Shown: piece after piece, positions 26,506 to 40,357 of the stretch
Layout of the letters: each line of letters opens with the position of its first letter
How positions within the stretch are numbered: the stretch's first letter is position 1
NCBI GenBank assembly: GCA_051313645.2
Contig: JBNRSN020000014.1
Location: 8,184,001-8,248,000 of the forward strand
DNA: 64,000 bases
Direction of reading: 5' to 3'
Origin: Centroscyllium fabricii
Lineage: Eukaryota
Translations under genes and position numbers: made by a program
The notes under the pieces: generated by a model
The model's database searches: none
Told to the model about the DNA's origin: nothing
What the model saw: the letters and a program-made list of their open reading frames with translations, nothing else

Positions 26506-26689
26506 ACCTACACTGGCTCCCGATCCAGCAACGATTCAGTATTAAAATCCTCATCCCTGTTTTCAGTTCCCTCCATGGCCTCGCCCCTTCCTATCTCTGT
26601 AACCTCCTCCAGCCCCACAACACTCTGTTATCTGCGCTCCTCCAATTCTGGCCTCGTGCACATCCTCGATTTTAATCACTCCACCATTG

Positions 26690-27050
26690 GCCGACACGGT
26701 GGTGCAGTGTTTAGCACTGCTGCCTCGCAGTAAGGAGCTCCTGGGTTCGAATCCTGCTTGGCCCGGGACCTCTCTGCGTGGAGTTTACATGTTCTCCCCG
26801 TGTTTGCGTGGGTTTCCTCCGAGTACTCCGGTTTCCTCCCACCACCCAAAGACATGCAGGTTAGGTGAATTGGAGATACTAAAAAATTGCCCATGAGTAT
26901 GTGTGTGAGATATAGTTCTTAGAGTTGGGGGTGTCAGGGGATATGGAGAGAGGGGAGAAGGGGGTACTGGGTTTGGATGATCAGCCATGATCTTATTGAA
27001 TGGCGGAGCAGGCTCGAATGGCCAACTCCTGCTCCTATCCTTTGTGTCTC
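26690..27050 (+). mobile_element. V-SINE variant subfamily (also 47292-47630)
   Basis: Distinct tRNA head (ctcgcagtaaggagctcctgggttcgaatcc), V domain, CR1 tail. Confidence 0.75.
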
Positions 27051-28164
27051 TGTGTGCTTTCAGCTGCCGAGGCACTAAGCTCTGGAATTCCCTCCCTAAA
27101 CCTCTCCGCCTCCTCCTTTTGAGACACTTTTGGTCATCTGTTCTGATATGTCCTTGTGTGGCTCTGTGTCAAAATTTGTTTTGATAATGGCTCCTGTGAA
27201 GCACCTTGGGACATTTTGCTACGTTAAAGGCGCTATATAAATGCAGGCTGTTGTTGTTGGGGTCACAGAAGGTGAAGCAATGCCGAGAACATTGACACCT
27301 TCTCGGGGACACCCGCAAACCTCTTCCCCCCCCCTCCCCCCCCCCGGTCCTAACTTCAAAAGCAAAATACTGCGAACGCTGGAAATCTGAAATAAAACTC
27401 AGAAAATGCTGGTAAAATGGTGCAGCTGTGGAGAGAGCGAAACTTTTGGTTGATGCTTCCTGAAACTCTCTGTCTCCTCACACATGCTGCCTGACCTGAG
27501 TGTTTCCAGCAGTTTTCTGGTCTCATTCCAAAGCTCAGTGTCTGCTGCCCATAGAAACTGGGCCAACATTGCAGCATTGTTAAAAAATTCGAAGCACGAA
27601 TAATGCCAACAAGCACAGAGAGACACGCACAAATCTGCCGAGCCCACCGAACCCATCATGGTCTCCCCAGCTCGTGGGTTCACTGACCCCGGCTTCACAG
27701 CGTCGCCTGTTTATTTCAACGCGCGGTGCTTCAATCGGGGAAGCTTGTGAGCGGCCTGCGCGGGACCTTAGCGATTACTGCATGGCCCGGCACGCACGCA
27801 GCTTGGTGGGAACATTGGTCCCGATCTGGGCTGGGTCTGACTGGAGATCAGCATTTTCTACCCCCCCCCCCCCCCCCACTCTAACCACCGAATGAGATAT
27901 AATTTATAGTTTTAACTTTTTTTTAATCTGCCTAAGCAATGGTGGTTGGCCTCAGTACCCTGGTCTAAGGTGGGGGCAAATTGGGCAGGGAAGCTGTTCC
28001 TGATTGATATCCGGGGATTCCCCAGCTGGACGTATCGAGGGCGGGCAAGATCTGGCCTGGCTACGATGCCCTCATATACCGATAGCCTCACTGATGCACC
28101 GTGCCCGCTCAGCTCTGGTATCAGTGAGGTCCCAGGGAACAGGGTCCGTCACCAGTCACCAATA

Positions 28165-29350
28165 TGTTATTTGGGCTGGAGCGCTTCAGCTATGAAGAAA
28201 GACTGGACAGGCTGGGGTTGTTTTCCTTGGAGCAGAGAAGGCTGAGGGGGGACCTGATTGAGGTGTACAAAATTATGAGGGGAATAGATAGGGTGGATAG
28301 AAAGGAACTTTTCCCTTAGTAGAGGGGTCAATAACCAGGGGGAATAGTTTCAAGGTAAGGGGCAGGAGGTTTAGAGGGGATTTGAGGAAGAACTTTTTCA
28401 GCCAGAGGGTGGTTGGAGGCAGGAACCCTCAACATTCAAGAAGCATTTAGATGAGCACTTGAAACATAGAAACATAGCAGATAGGAGCAGGAGTCGGCCA
28501 TTCAGTACCCCGTACCTGCCTTCTCCCCATATCCCTTGATCCCTTTAGCCTTAAGAAATATATCCAACTCATTCTTGAATATATTTAATGAATTGGCCTC
28601 AACTGCCTTCTGTGGTAGAGTATTCCACAGGTTCACCACTCTCTGGGTGAAGAAATTCCTCCTCATCTCTGTCCTAAATGAATTACCCCTTATCATTAGA
28701 CTATGACCCCTGGTTCTGGACTCTCCGATCATCGGGAACATTCTTCCTGCATCTAGTTTGTCCAGACCTGTCAGAATTTTATACGTTTCAATGAGATCCC
28801 CTCTCATTCTTCTAAACTCCAGCGAGTATAAGCCCAATCGACCCAGTCTCTCCTCATACGTCATTCCTGCCATCCCAGGTATCAGCCTGGTGAATCTTCG
28901 CTGCACTCCCTCCATGGCAAGAACGTACTTCCTCAGATAAGGCGACCAAAACTGCACACAATACTCGAGGTGTGGTCTCACCAAGGCCCTGTACAACTGC
29001 AGCAGGACATCCTTGTTCCTGTACTCAAACCGTCTCGCTACAAAGGCCAACATACCATTTGCCTTCTTCACTGACTGCTGCACCTGCATGCTTACCTTCA
29101 GCGACTGGTGCACAAGGACACCCAGGTCTCGTTGCACTTCCCCTTCTCCCAATCTATTGCCATTCAGATAATAGTCTGCCTTTCTGTTTTTGACAGGAAC
29201 GCCATAGCATACGAGGCTACGGACCAAGTGCTGGAAAATGGGATTAGAATAGAAAGGGCTTGATGGCCGGCGCGGACACGATGGGCCGAAGGGCCTCTTT
29301 CTGTGCTGTATAACTCTAATGACTCTATGATTCTGACTCTATGATTCTAT
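28165..29350. mobile_element. CR1 (+) with an antisense CR1 (28465-29195) nested
   Basis: ORF 28502-29227; the outer copy resumes with a (ctctatga) tail. Confidence 0.85.
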
Positions 29351-30352
29351 CACGGGAGGGGAATTCAAACCAGACTGTATGCTCTCGCATGCCTCCTGGT
29401 GGCAGTTTAACGTACAACACCACTAAAACCCAAGAAATGGTGCCCCCCCCCCCACACAGCCTCTCAGTCAGGGCAATGACACGTGTCGTGTTAAGGGTAC
29501 AGGAAAAGGGAGGGGGTTAAAATTATAAGCTGCAATTCCCCGCTGAGGGAGGCAATCCCAGCTGGCTCAGGGAGGGCTGGTAGAATCGGGCGTTGCAGTG
29601 ATGTTCCTGCCGTCAAATCGGCTGCCAACAGTCTGTGTCTAGGCTCAGCAGAAGGAATGGCCACTGGAGTGAGGTGCCAGAGGGCTACAGGTGCCCACGC
29701 GGAACCGTTTCTCCGGCAGCCCCTTGCAGAGGGAATGGAGAAGAGAAAATATGCTTCATATTCATTTAAAAAAATTAAAACGCTAATTAATTCTAAATTG
29801 CCACTCAAGCCTGCGTCAATGAGGTGTAGTAATTACTGTGTGTTTTTCCACCTTCGGAACTGCCAGTCAACTGCATCAGCCTGGCCAGGGCTCGAGCTGA
29901 TCCTGACAATCGCTAATTAGTTTTGAGAGTGGGTGTGTTTTTTTTAAATATAAATTGCTCCTTTATGCCCCATTGGTCATGTAGTTCCCACTCTCATCTG
30001 TTACTGCAGCTGGATAAGTACAGCTGCCTATCCTGGTGTCAAAGCAGATGTGATGTTTGGTTTCCCTTGCTGGTTGGGGGTATTCTGGAAAAACTGCTGC
30101 AGCAACCATGAAATTAAATGAGCACCAAGACATTTATTCAAATGGATTCCTCCTCCTCAAATGTCGCCGAGTCTCGTCCCATTAGCCCGTTCTATTCTAT
30201 TCCCATTAGCTGTGCTACCTGGCTGTTCCAGAATAATGAAATATACACATGCCAAGTTCTAATTAAATACATTTTCTTTTAATTATATGAACTGAAATAG
30301 ATTCATGGAGCATTTCCCATTCATAGTTTTCAAACCTTTCCGTGTTGGGGAG

Positions 30353-31496
30353 CAGTGTTCCCCGTAAGCTGCGCTTTGTTTCTGCGCGGCCCTGTTCCTT
30401 TAAATGCGCGGTCCCTTTAAATTTCTGCGCAGGCGAGGTACTGACAATGTCGAAGCCGGTGAGCGGCCCGCACAGGACCTTTCAGATCACCGTCAGAGTT
30501 AGAGCACAGAACGAGGCCCTTCGGCCCATCGTGTCCACGCCGGACATCAAGCCCTGTCTATTCTAATCCCATTTTCCAGCATTTGGTCCATAGCCTTGTA
30601 TGCTCTGGCATTTCAAGGGCTCATCTAAATGCTTCTTGAATGTTGTGAGGGTTCCTGCCTCTACCACCCTTTCAGGCAGTGAGTTCCAGATTCCAACCAC
30701 CCTCTGGGTGAAAAAGTTCCTCCTCAAATCCCCTCTAAACCTCCTGCCCCTTACCTTGAAACTATGTCCCCTGGTTATTGACCCCTCTACTAAGGGGAAA
30801 AGTTCCTTTCCATCTACCCTATCTATGCCCCTCATAATTTTGTACACCTCAATCAGGTCCCCCTCAGCCTTCTCTGCTCCAAGGAAAACAACCCCAGCCT
30901 GTCCAGTCTTTCTTCATAGCTGAAGCGCTCCAGCCCAGGTAACATCCTGGTGAATCTCCTCTGCACCCTCTCCAAAGCAATCACTTCCTTCCCATAGTGC
31001 GCCGACCAGAACTGCACACAGTACTCCAGCTGTGGCTTTACCAGCGTTTTGTACAGCTCCATCATAACCTCCCTGCTCTTATATTCTATGCCTCGGCTAA
31101 TGAAGGCAAGTATCCCATATGCCTGTTTAACCACCTTATCTACCTGTCCTGCTGCCTTCAGGGATCTGTGTACATGCATACCAAGGTCCCACTGATCCTC
31201 GGTCTTTCCTAGGGGCTTACCATTCATTGTGTATTCCCTTGCCTTGTTAGTCCTTCCAAAATGCATCACCTCACACTATTCAGGGTTAAATTCCATCTGT
31301 CACTGATCTACCCATCTGACCAACCTGTTTATTTCGTCCTGTAGACATGATCTGCCATTGACCCAGCCATGCTGACTATCCTTGATTAATCCTTGCCTCT
31401 CCAAGTGGAGACTGATTCTGTCCTTCAGAATTTTTTCCAATAATTTCCCTACCACTGATGTTAGGCTCACTGGGGCGCGCCTTAGCGGGAACATTG
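30353..31496. mobile_element. hAT-type MITE split by a minus-strand CR1 (about 30495-31470)
   Basis: cagtgttcccc ... gcgggaacattg; the interior CR1 encodes [17 protein letters not shown]. Confidence 0.65.
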
Positions 31497-32638
31497 CTGG
31501 ACAACATCCGCGCAAACCCACAACTTGTGCCTTTAACGTAGTAAAACGTCCCAAGGCGCTTCACAGGAGTGCAATCAGACAAAATCTGACACCGACTCAA
31601 AGAAGGAGACATTAACATAGAAGATAGGAGCAGGAGTAGGCCATTCGGCCCTTCGAGCCTGCTCTGCCATTCAATGAGATCATGGCTGATCATCCAAACC
31701 CAGTACCCTGTCCCTGCCTTGTCCCCATATCTCTCTCGAACCTGCACCGACCCATATCCCACCCTATCCCCGTAACCTCACCTATTTAATCCCCCTAACA
31801 CTAAGGGTCAATTTATCCTGGCCAATCAACCTAACCCGCACATCTTTGGACTGTGGGAGGAAACCGGAGCACCTGGAGGAAACCCACACAGACACGGGGA
31901 GAATGTGCAAACTCCACACAGATAGTGCCCGAGGCTGGATTTGAACCTGGGTCTCCAGTGCTGTAAGGCAACAATGCTAACCACTATGCCACCGTGGGTT
32001 GCTAAAAGTTTGGTCAAAGAGGTAGGTTTTAAGGGGGATTTTCAAGAAGGAGAGAGAGTTGGAATTGAAGATCCCATCAGGATAATGAGAATAAAAGTTG
32101 GTCCAGTACGGGTACTGTGATCAGCCTGTGTAAGCATGGTTTAGTAAATATTAGCAGTCCTGTTTACAAAGCATACACTGGTTATCGTGGGTAGGGCAAG
32201 TGATTTAATATGGCATAACATCCAGCAAATATCAATACTTGCCACATCAATATGAGACACAAGTACTGCAATTTAGCGTTAAAACATTCTTGAAAAGAGT
32301 GGAAATGCTGGTTTCTGAGCGATAATCAGTCCCTCATGCTCACCAGGGTTCCTGTTTCTGATTGTTATGGAGACCGCTGGGAAGGTGACTGCGCACCAGA
32401 CTGGGTCTGTTTGTAATATTCCCTTCACATACCTGCAGACACTCAACTACTCTCTCGCACTTAGAATGGCCACTAAATGCTGGAGGATGCCCCAGGCCCC
32501 CCGAAACCATACCCCAGCAAGACTCCGGAGGAGAAAACCTGGAGGAGATTTAAAAAAAAGAAACTGCAATGTTGAATATTTGAGATCAGTAAGCCCAAAG
32601 TGTTCTAACGCTGGTGTTGTTTATTCCCCCCGCTCCAG

Positions 32639-32904
32639 TCTACTGCCAGAATTTCGCCCCCAACTTCAAGGAGAGCGAGATGAATGCCATTGCAGCGGAC
32701 ATGTGCACCAACGCTCGGCGGGTGGTTCGCAAAAGCTGGATTCCCAAACTGAAGCTGCTGATGGTGGAGGGAGACGCCTACCACTCCTTTATCTCGGACA
32801 CTACAGGGGTCAGCCTCGAATCGGACGTACTGAACGCGGAGCAGGCCTTCGACGCTGCCAATCACGACGGCGAGGCGGGATCTTCCCTGGAGTCCACCCA
32901 GTGA
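32639..32904 (+). CDS. NACC1: NACC1 last coding exon (BEN C-terminus, stop TGA 32902-32904)
   Basis: [37 protein letters not shown]...ESTQ*. Acceptor cccccgctccag. The five exons sum to 1476 nt, in frame. Confidence 0.94.
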
Positions 32905-34142
32905 CGGGAGCCACCTTGGAAGGAAGTGTCAAAATCCAGGGTTCAATCTAGAATGACCCATGAGTCGCAGAGCAGGCCAAAAAAAAATCTGGCATCTTGT
33001 GTACGCAAGTACTATTCAGTGGTACAGAAACAAAACAAAAACTATTTATTCTGCATCAGCGAGTCTTTAGGATGTATACAGCGGGGAGGGGGATGGAATG
33101 TAATGGGTTAGGTATTGCACACTTCCATAGTTTGTGGGTGGCCAGGGCACGCAATAAATGGATGTGCCAATCGCCCAAAGACTCTGCCTAGATTGAACCC
33201 TGAACACTTGCGGCCTAGATTAATCGGGTAGGTTGAGGCGGCCTGTCCGCAGTGGGAGACGGTTACACTTCTAACTCTCAAATTGGTTACCTGCCTTCCT
33301 GGCCCTGCCTCTCCGTCTGAAGTCCAGAAGGTGACACCATTCTGTGTTGGGGCGGGGCAACCTGGAGTTGACACGAGCTTCGTGTCCTTCACGCGCACCT
33401 GGGTTTTTTTTGTTTCATTAAATCAACACTACGATAATATTTAATAACAGTCTCATAAGCTACGGTCTTGAAGGATTTTTTTTTTTTAACTGCTGTTTTT
33501 ACTGCAATTGCAATAATTTTTAAACCTTTGAGGACTGCAGTAGCCGCTCTGCTTCTTCTATACAGTGTGTGCTGATGAACAAGGGCAGGCTTCACTTGTT
33601 GAGATTGTTGCTCCACTTTTCTGAGATTGCTATGGATGGGAGTTTGGCTTGCACTGACTATATTTCAAGATTTTTCTCTGCTAAAGTGTGTGATCTGATT
33701 CACGACCGCAGCTTAATATCTCTTCAACAAACGGTTCCAAATGACTCAACTTTCCCAGAATCCAGTTTTTGAAAAATACTTAACCCCGCTTAGCTCACCC
33801 TGTCGCAACACATCCGACTGAATTCTTTCCAAATCCTTTCATTGGCCATGTTTGTTCCTCACCCACCCTCACCCACACAGACACAGATTGGAACTTTCAC
33901 AACCACCATAATGGAGCAATCCCCACCCCCAATGGAAAAATGGCAGGTCCCAATGGGAAAATGGAAGGTCCCAATGGGAAAATGGAAGGTCTCAGTGGAA
34001 AATGGCAGGTGACTTCAGGCCAACAATATTCTGGCTCCAGAATAAACACTAACATGATACCAATGACGACAGAAACATTAGCGAGCTGCGCATTTTTTGT
34101 GCAACGCTTTGTCTAGCAAATACATCCGGTGGATAATGGGTA

Positions 34143-34590
34143 TAAGAACATAAGAAGTAGGAGCAGGAGTCGGCCATACGGCCCCTCGGGCCTGCTCCAC
34201 CATTCAATAGGATTGTGGCTGATCCGAACTTAGACTCACGTCCACTTCCCTGCCTGCTCCCCGTAACCCCTTATTCCCTTATCAGCTAGGAAACTGTCTA
34301 TCTCCGTTTTAAATTTATTTAATGTCGCAGCTTCCACAGCTCTCTGAGGTAGTAAATTCCATAGACTCACCACCCTCTGAGTGAAGAAGTTTCTCCTCAT
34401 CTCAGTTTTGAAAGGGCAGCCCCTTATTCTCAGATTATGCCCCCTAGTTCTAGTCTCACCCATCAGTGAAAACATCCTCACCGCATCCTCCCGACCAAGC
34501 CCCCTCGCAATCTTAGATGTTTCGGTAAGATCGCCTCTCACTCTTCTGAACTCCAATGAGTAGAGGCCCAACCTACTCAACCTTTCCTTG
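34143..34590 (-). mobile_element. CR1 LINE 3' fragment
   Basis: ORF 34236-34616; same subfamily as 22435-22925. Confidence 0.85.
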
Positions 34591-34962
34591 TAGTGAGATA
34601 TAGAACCATGCTGCACAGAAGGAGGCCATTCGGCCCATCGTGCCTGTGCCGGCTCTTTGAACGAGCTCTCCCATTAGTCCCACTCCCCCCGGCTCTTTCC
34701 CCAGAGCCTTGTGAATTTTTTTCTTTTCAAGTATTTCTCCAATTCCCATTTGAAAGTTACTCTTGAATCTGCTTCCACCGCCCGTTCAGGCAGCGCGTTC
34801 CAGATCACAACAACTCACTGAGTGCAAAAAGAAAGTTCTCCGCTCCCCTCTGGCTCTTTTGCCGATTATCTTCAATCTGTGTCCTCTGGTTACCGACCCT
34901 CCTGCCACCGGAAACAGTTTCTCCCGATCTACTCTATCAACACCCCTCATCATTGTGAGCAC

Positions 34963-35093
34963 CAGTGTTCCCATTAATATTTTTGGGGGTGCTCAGCCCC
35001 TTTAAGGCTGTGCGGCCCGTTCAGAAAGCCGGCGACCCAGCTGCGCGTGTGGTCCAGAGAGCCGGGTGGCCGCACAGCTCACAGGGGACGTTG
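34963..35093. mobile_element. hAT-type MITE
   Basis: cagtgttccc...ggggacgttg with 8-bp TSD gtgagcac/gtgatcac; relatives at 5560-5739 and 30353-31496. Confidence 0.7.
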
Positions 35094-36944
35094 GTGATCA
35101 CCTCTGTTAAATCTCCCCTTCTCTTCTGTAATTATCCAGTGGGCATGTAGCTAATGGAGGATTGTTTTTTTTCAATTAATGTGTTGTGAAGCGGGGCGGG
35201 CGGGGGATGGTGGGTGGAGAGCAGCTCGATGGGCGGTGAATTAGACACTGGCCTTTAACCTCTGGGACCTGTGTTGAAATCCGGCACAGACACGTGGGGT
35301 GGGTTTAGGCAATCTCGACCTAGTCTCCCGTGACCCACTGCGCAAAGCTGTCCCTAATTTAACACTATAAGGTGGCTGGCCTGGGATATGGAGAGGCATC
35401 ACACTGGTGTGGCCGGGGGGCTCTTGTCATTGCTGAGGCAGTGTCGGAGGGTTCTACGCTGCATCCAATGGTACTGTACCTGACCTGGGAGCTCTTGATG
35501 CTGACGTTGCATATTCCATCACCTTGATCAGCACAAAAATTGGCAGAATAAATTGAGTGACATCTACTTTCATGGGTTACCAAAGCAAGCAATGTGAAAA
35601 AACAGGACTGGCTGCTCGAGACTGTGCAGAGTTTAAGTCAGTGCGGGGCAACACACCGCCACTGTTTTAGACGCCAGTACATTTTAAATATATATATATT
35701 TTAAAAGGTATAGAAATAGTGATCACTTTTTTAAAATTAATTATACGTATTGTAGCATCTGCTATAGCCACATCCAGTTTAGGGAGAGGGAGCGACACTG
35801 TGTGGAAAAAGCACACTTTAGCAGAGAAGGATTCTCCTATAGTTCAATAAAATGTCACTACAGGGTATTATGCATTTTTTTTTAACAATAGGGGTTGGGA
35901 GTCAGTTTGTTACTGAATCTAGAATAGACCCTTCAGTCCTCAAAGGGAATCATACCGCTCTGTCTTTTCCCACTGATAGGCTCGTCTAAACAGCGGCATA
36001 ATTACCGTGGTTACCAGTGCCCTGGGCTAGCGTCGCGGGTCTGACATCTTTCTCTTAATTAAGGGATAGCACTGCTAGCGAGAGCTGCGTAAGAAGCACA
36101 GTGGAGACCCCCTCTCTCCCCCCCCCCCCCCCCCCCGGTTCCATTGTGTGTCAGCTGGTCTAGCATTTCTGATATTATGGACTATGTGCAATCGGAGTGT
36201 GGATTTTAAAGACAGCCGTGTCCTTTGTCCTGCCTTCTGTCTGCCAATTACAGGTCAGTATTGCCAACCCATGTATCAACTGGTTTCCGTAGAAGAGTGT
36301 GATTAAAGGGTAGTGGGTGTTTAACGTGATCACAGAAGATGTCTTAGCTACTGGGAGGGCTGCAGCAGGGGTCTGTGCTTGTGCGGGGAGGGGAGGGAAA
36401 AGGGGTAGAGTTGGAAGAGTTACTCAGTGAGTCCTCCCCAGCCCAATATACAATATTGAAGATGTCCATCGCTTGTAGGGTAGCCCCAAGTCTTCCTTTT
36501 GAGGCCAGGGGAGGAGTCTGGTGAATGTACCAGGTAGTGTGTTCAAATAATGGCACTATTTTGGAGATGACCTCTTGTCATGTTGGATACCATCATTGGG
36601 TAGAACAATAACCTGGGTTTTTCTTTGTCAATCGCACAATCTCCCAATTCCACATTCCGATAGCAGTTCCCGTTTTAAGGCTGGTTTCCATTACCCCAAC
36701 CGCCTGTGTTTCCATAGGAATAAGTGGTGCCCTTTAAGAAAGTTTTCATCACAATATCCTACCTCATTCCCCCCCACCCCACCGTTCCTAATGCTGTTCC
36801 TGGAGTGTTTTCTGCCATTTTGAGAACCCTACTAAAAGCAGGGGAACTAGAAGAGCGAAATTAGTGTCTCGCTGCTCCATTCAGCAATGGGGTCTTTTCA
36901 GTATTGTAGATTCTGGTGCCCAAGAAATTTAGGACATTTTTTAG

Positions 36945-37475
36945 TAGAAACATAGAAGATAGGAGCAGGAGTAGGCCATTCGGCCCCTCGAGCCTGCTCC
37001 GCCATTCAATGAGATCATGGCTGATCATCCAAATTCAGTCCCCTATCCTTGCCTTCTCCCCATATCCCTTTAGCCTTAAGAAATATATCCAACTCCTTCT
37101 TAAATATATTTAATGAATTGACCTTTACTGCCTTCTGTGGTAGAGAATTCCACAGGTTCACCACTCTCTGGGTGAAGAAATTCCTCCTCATCTCTGTCCT
37201 AAATGGCTTATCCCTTATCCTTAGACAATGACCCCTGTTTCTGGACTCTCCGATCATCGGGAACATCCTTCCTGCATCTAGTCTGTCCAGTCCTATTAAA
37301 ATGTTATAAGTTTCAATGAGATCCCCTCTCATTCTTCTAAACTCCAGCGAGTATAAGCCCAATTGACCCAATCTCTCCTCATCCATCATTCCTGCCATCC
37401 CAGGTATCAGTCTGGTGAATCTTCGCTGAACTCCCTCCATGGCAAGAACATCCTTCCTCAGATAAGGCGACCAAA
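36945..37475 (-). mobile_element. CR1 LINE 3' fragment
   Basis: ORF 37015-37521. Confidence 0.88.
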
Positions 37476-37844
37476 TCTTAGAAAAGGAGTTAATTGGCTC
37501 AGCAACACCTTTTTGGTGCAATTTTTAAAACCTTTGTCAATCCATTCAAGTTTTCTAAAGGCCTTACTCAGACTTTCCTCTCACGGCCTTGACCGGTTGT
37601 CACGGGGCGGTGACTCCCCCTTGGTGCAATTCCACCGACTGGGTCAGCCGTCTGGTACTTTGGCCAAGTAGCCGTTCTTCCTGTGTGTGAGCCCCAGACT
37701 GTGCGTGCCTTCTGGCTATTCGAGTGTGAGGGCCATCACTGCCAAGCCTGATGCTCACCTCGACTTGGCACCAGCAGACAGGAGACACCGGCTAGCAGTC
37801 AGGAGGAGGAGCCTGGCCTCCCCTTTCTGTTCGGCAAAGCGGCA

Positions 37845-38935
37845 ACCCAAACACCGATTGGGCGATCGCTTTGCAGAACACGTCCGTTCAGTCCGTATGG
37901 GTGACCCCGAGCTCCCGGTCGCCTGTCACTGTAATTCTCTGCTTCACTCCCACTCTGATCTCTCTGTCCTCGGCCTATTACATTGTTCCTCTGAAGCTCA
38001 GCGTAAACTCGGGGAACAAAACCTCATCTTCCAATTAGGCACTTTACAGCCCTCCGGACTCAATATCGAGTTCAACAATTTCAGATCATAACCCTTTACA
38101 TTTTTACCTTTTGTATTATCCACACCTTTGCCTCGGCCCTCCCCGCCCCCCCTTTTTTTTCTCCTACACGGCAGCTGTCTCCCATTCTGCCAGCGCATTT
38201 CACACCGGCACGGTGGCACAGTGGTTAGCACTGTTGCCTCACAGTGCCAGGGACCCGGGTTCAAATCCGGCCTCGGGTACTACCTGTGTGGAGTTTGCAC
38301 ATTCTCCCCGTGTCTGCGTGGGTTTCCTCCGGGTGCTCCGGTTTCCTCCCACAGTCCAAAGATGTGCGGGTTAGGTTGATTGGCCATGATGAATTGACCC
38401 TTAGTGCTAGGGGGATTGAATATGTGGGGTTACGGGGATAGGGTGGGATATAGAAAACATAGAAACTAGGAGCAGGAGTAGGCCATTCGGCCCTTCGAGC
38501 CTGCTCCACCATTCAATGAGATCATGGCTGATCATCCAAACCCAGTACCCCGCCCCTGCCCTCTCCCCATATCCCTCAATCCCTATCGAGCCTGCATCGA
38601 CACATATCCCACATATGTGTCGGTGCAGGCTCGATAGGAATCGAGGGATATGGGGAGAAGGCAGGGGCGGGGTGCTGGGTTTGGATGATCAGCCATGATC
38701 TCATTGAATAGCGGAGCAGGCTCGAATGGCCGACTCCTGCTCCTAGTTTCTATGTTTCTATGACTGTTAATGTCTCTTCTCGTCCCTTTGTTCTCTCCCA
38801 GCCCTCTTCTATCCTTCTTGTCTGTTTCATTTCAGTTTTGATAAAGGGTCCCGACCCGAAACGTTGACTCCTATTTCTCTCTTCACGGATGTTGCCTGAA
38901 CTGCTGAGTTTTTCCAGCATTTTCCGTTGTTACTC
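37845..38935 (+). mobile_element. Penelope-like element 3' part (GIY-YIG C-terminus), interrupted by SINEs
   Basis: KHRLGDRFAEHVRSVR...LPVACHCNS...EQNLIFQLGTLQPSGLNIEFNNFRS*; degenerate hammerhead ttgataaagggtcccgacccgaaacgtt near 38838-38865. Confidence 0.75.
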
Positions 38936-39349
38936 CCCTTTCTGTTGCCTGGAGGTGCAGTGCCCAATTCTGGCATGGAATGTGATGCCAAAACCCCCGA
39001 GACTAGGAATGCAATTTGAGTTATTCAGCCACCATTAACCGGCGGCCTTGATTTTAGGGAAGGACAGTTCCTTTGCAAAAGCGAGACAAGGCCCACTGGT
39101 TTAGTGTTTTTTTACAGAAAAACAGATGGAATTGTGGAACTCAACCAGCAAAAATTCCAGAGTCACATAATAAAAGTAGAGTTTGACATTGCCAGTCACT
39201 GTAGACTGCTGGCCCCTGCCTGTGATTCGGGATTTATTAATTAAACGGCTGTTCATGCGCACAATATTGTGAGTCAATCCCCTCTCCCTAGCTTCCAAGC
39301 AGAAACCCAGCCCGGCAGAATTTAACTTATTTTTTTTATCCATTGATGG

Positions 39350-39815
39350 GATGGGGGGATCGCTGGCTGGCTAGGCCTGCATTTAGTGCCCATCCCTAAT
39401 TGCCTTTGAGAAGATGGTGGTGAGCCGCCTTTTTGAACCGCTGCAGTCCATATGGTGTAGGTACACCCACAATGTTGTTAGGAAGGGAGTTCCAGGATTT
39501 TGGCCCAGCGACAGTGAAGGAGCGGCGATACAGGTCCAAGTCAGGATGGTGTGTGGCTTGGAGGGGAACTTGTAGGTGGTGCTATTCCCATGCGTCTGCT
39601 GCCCTTGTCCTTCTAAGTGGTAGAGGTCGCGGGTTTGGAAGGTGCTGTTGAAGGAGCTTTGGCGAGTTGCTGCAGTGCATCTTGTAGATGGTACACACTG
39701 CAGCTACAGTGGTGGAGGGAGTGAATGTTGAAGGTGGTGGATGGAGTGCCAATCAAGTGGCCTGCTTTATCCTGAATGGTGTCGAGCTTCTTGAGTGTTG
39801 TTGGAGCTGCACTCA
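39350..39815 (-). mobile_element. Non-LTR element of another CR1/L2-supergroup lineage (relatives at 49990-50640 + and 55900-56215 -)
   Basis: SAAPTTLKKLDTIQDKAGHLIG; YKAEVESVLEYSPLAW; shared 3' tail gggatgggcaataaatgctggcc. Confidence 0.6.
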
Positions 39816-39978
39816 TTGCAGTAGCAATGGCTGGAGAACATACACTGTTCGGTACGATAATTTTCTTTTTCTTTTAGACGGTCCTGTGCTGTTACCTGGA
39901 GGCTAACTGTAGTCGCCTGGAGGAGCCTTGTTATTGTTAACAGGTTAGAGTTACTCTTTTGGAAGCACGGGTGAGATC

Positions 39979-40357
39979 TTGGGTTGCCAACCCTCCAGGA
40001 TTGCCCTGGAGTCTCCAGGAATTGAAGATTAATCTCCGGGTCACTGCTGGGAGCAAGACACGGGCGAAAAATCAGCGGGGCGTTAAAACAAAAATCAAAA
40101 CACAAGTTCTTTTTTTAATACTTAAATTTTTTAGTTATACAATTATTGGAGATTGGTGGGGGGGCGGGGAAGGCTGTTTGACAGAGAGTCAAGAATCATC
40201 CAATGGGGGAACAGAGTCTGTTCGCTTCCCAATTGGCCGAGATAGGGCGGGTCGCCACGCGGATGGACGTGTCGGGCGACCAATGGCGGGAGAGTGGGGG
40301 CAGGAGGTCATGTGATAAAGCCTCCAGGAATATGGCCAAGCAGAGTTAGCAACCCTA
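39979..40357. mobile_element. hAT-type MITE (TAGGGTTGCCAAC TIR)
   Basis: ttgggttgccaac...gttagcaacccta; 8-bp TSD gtgagatc/gtgtgatc. Confidence 0.75.
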
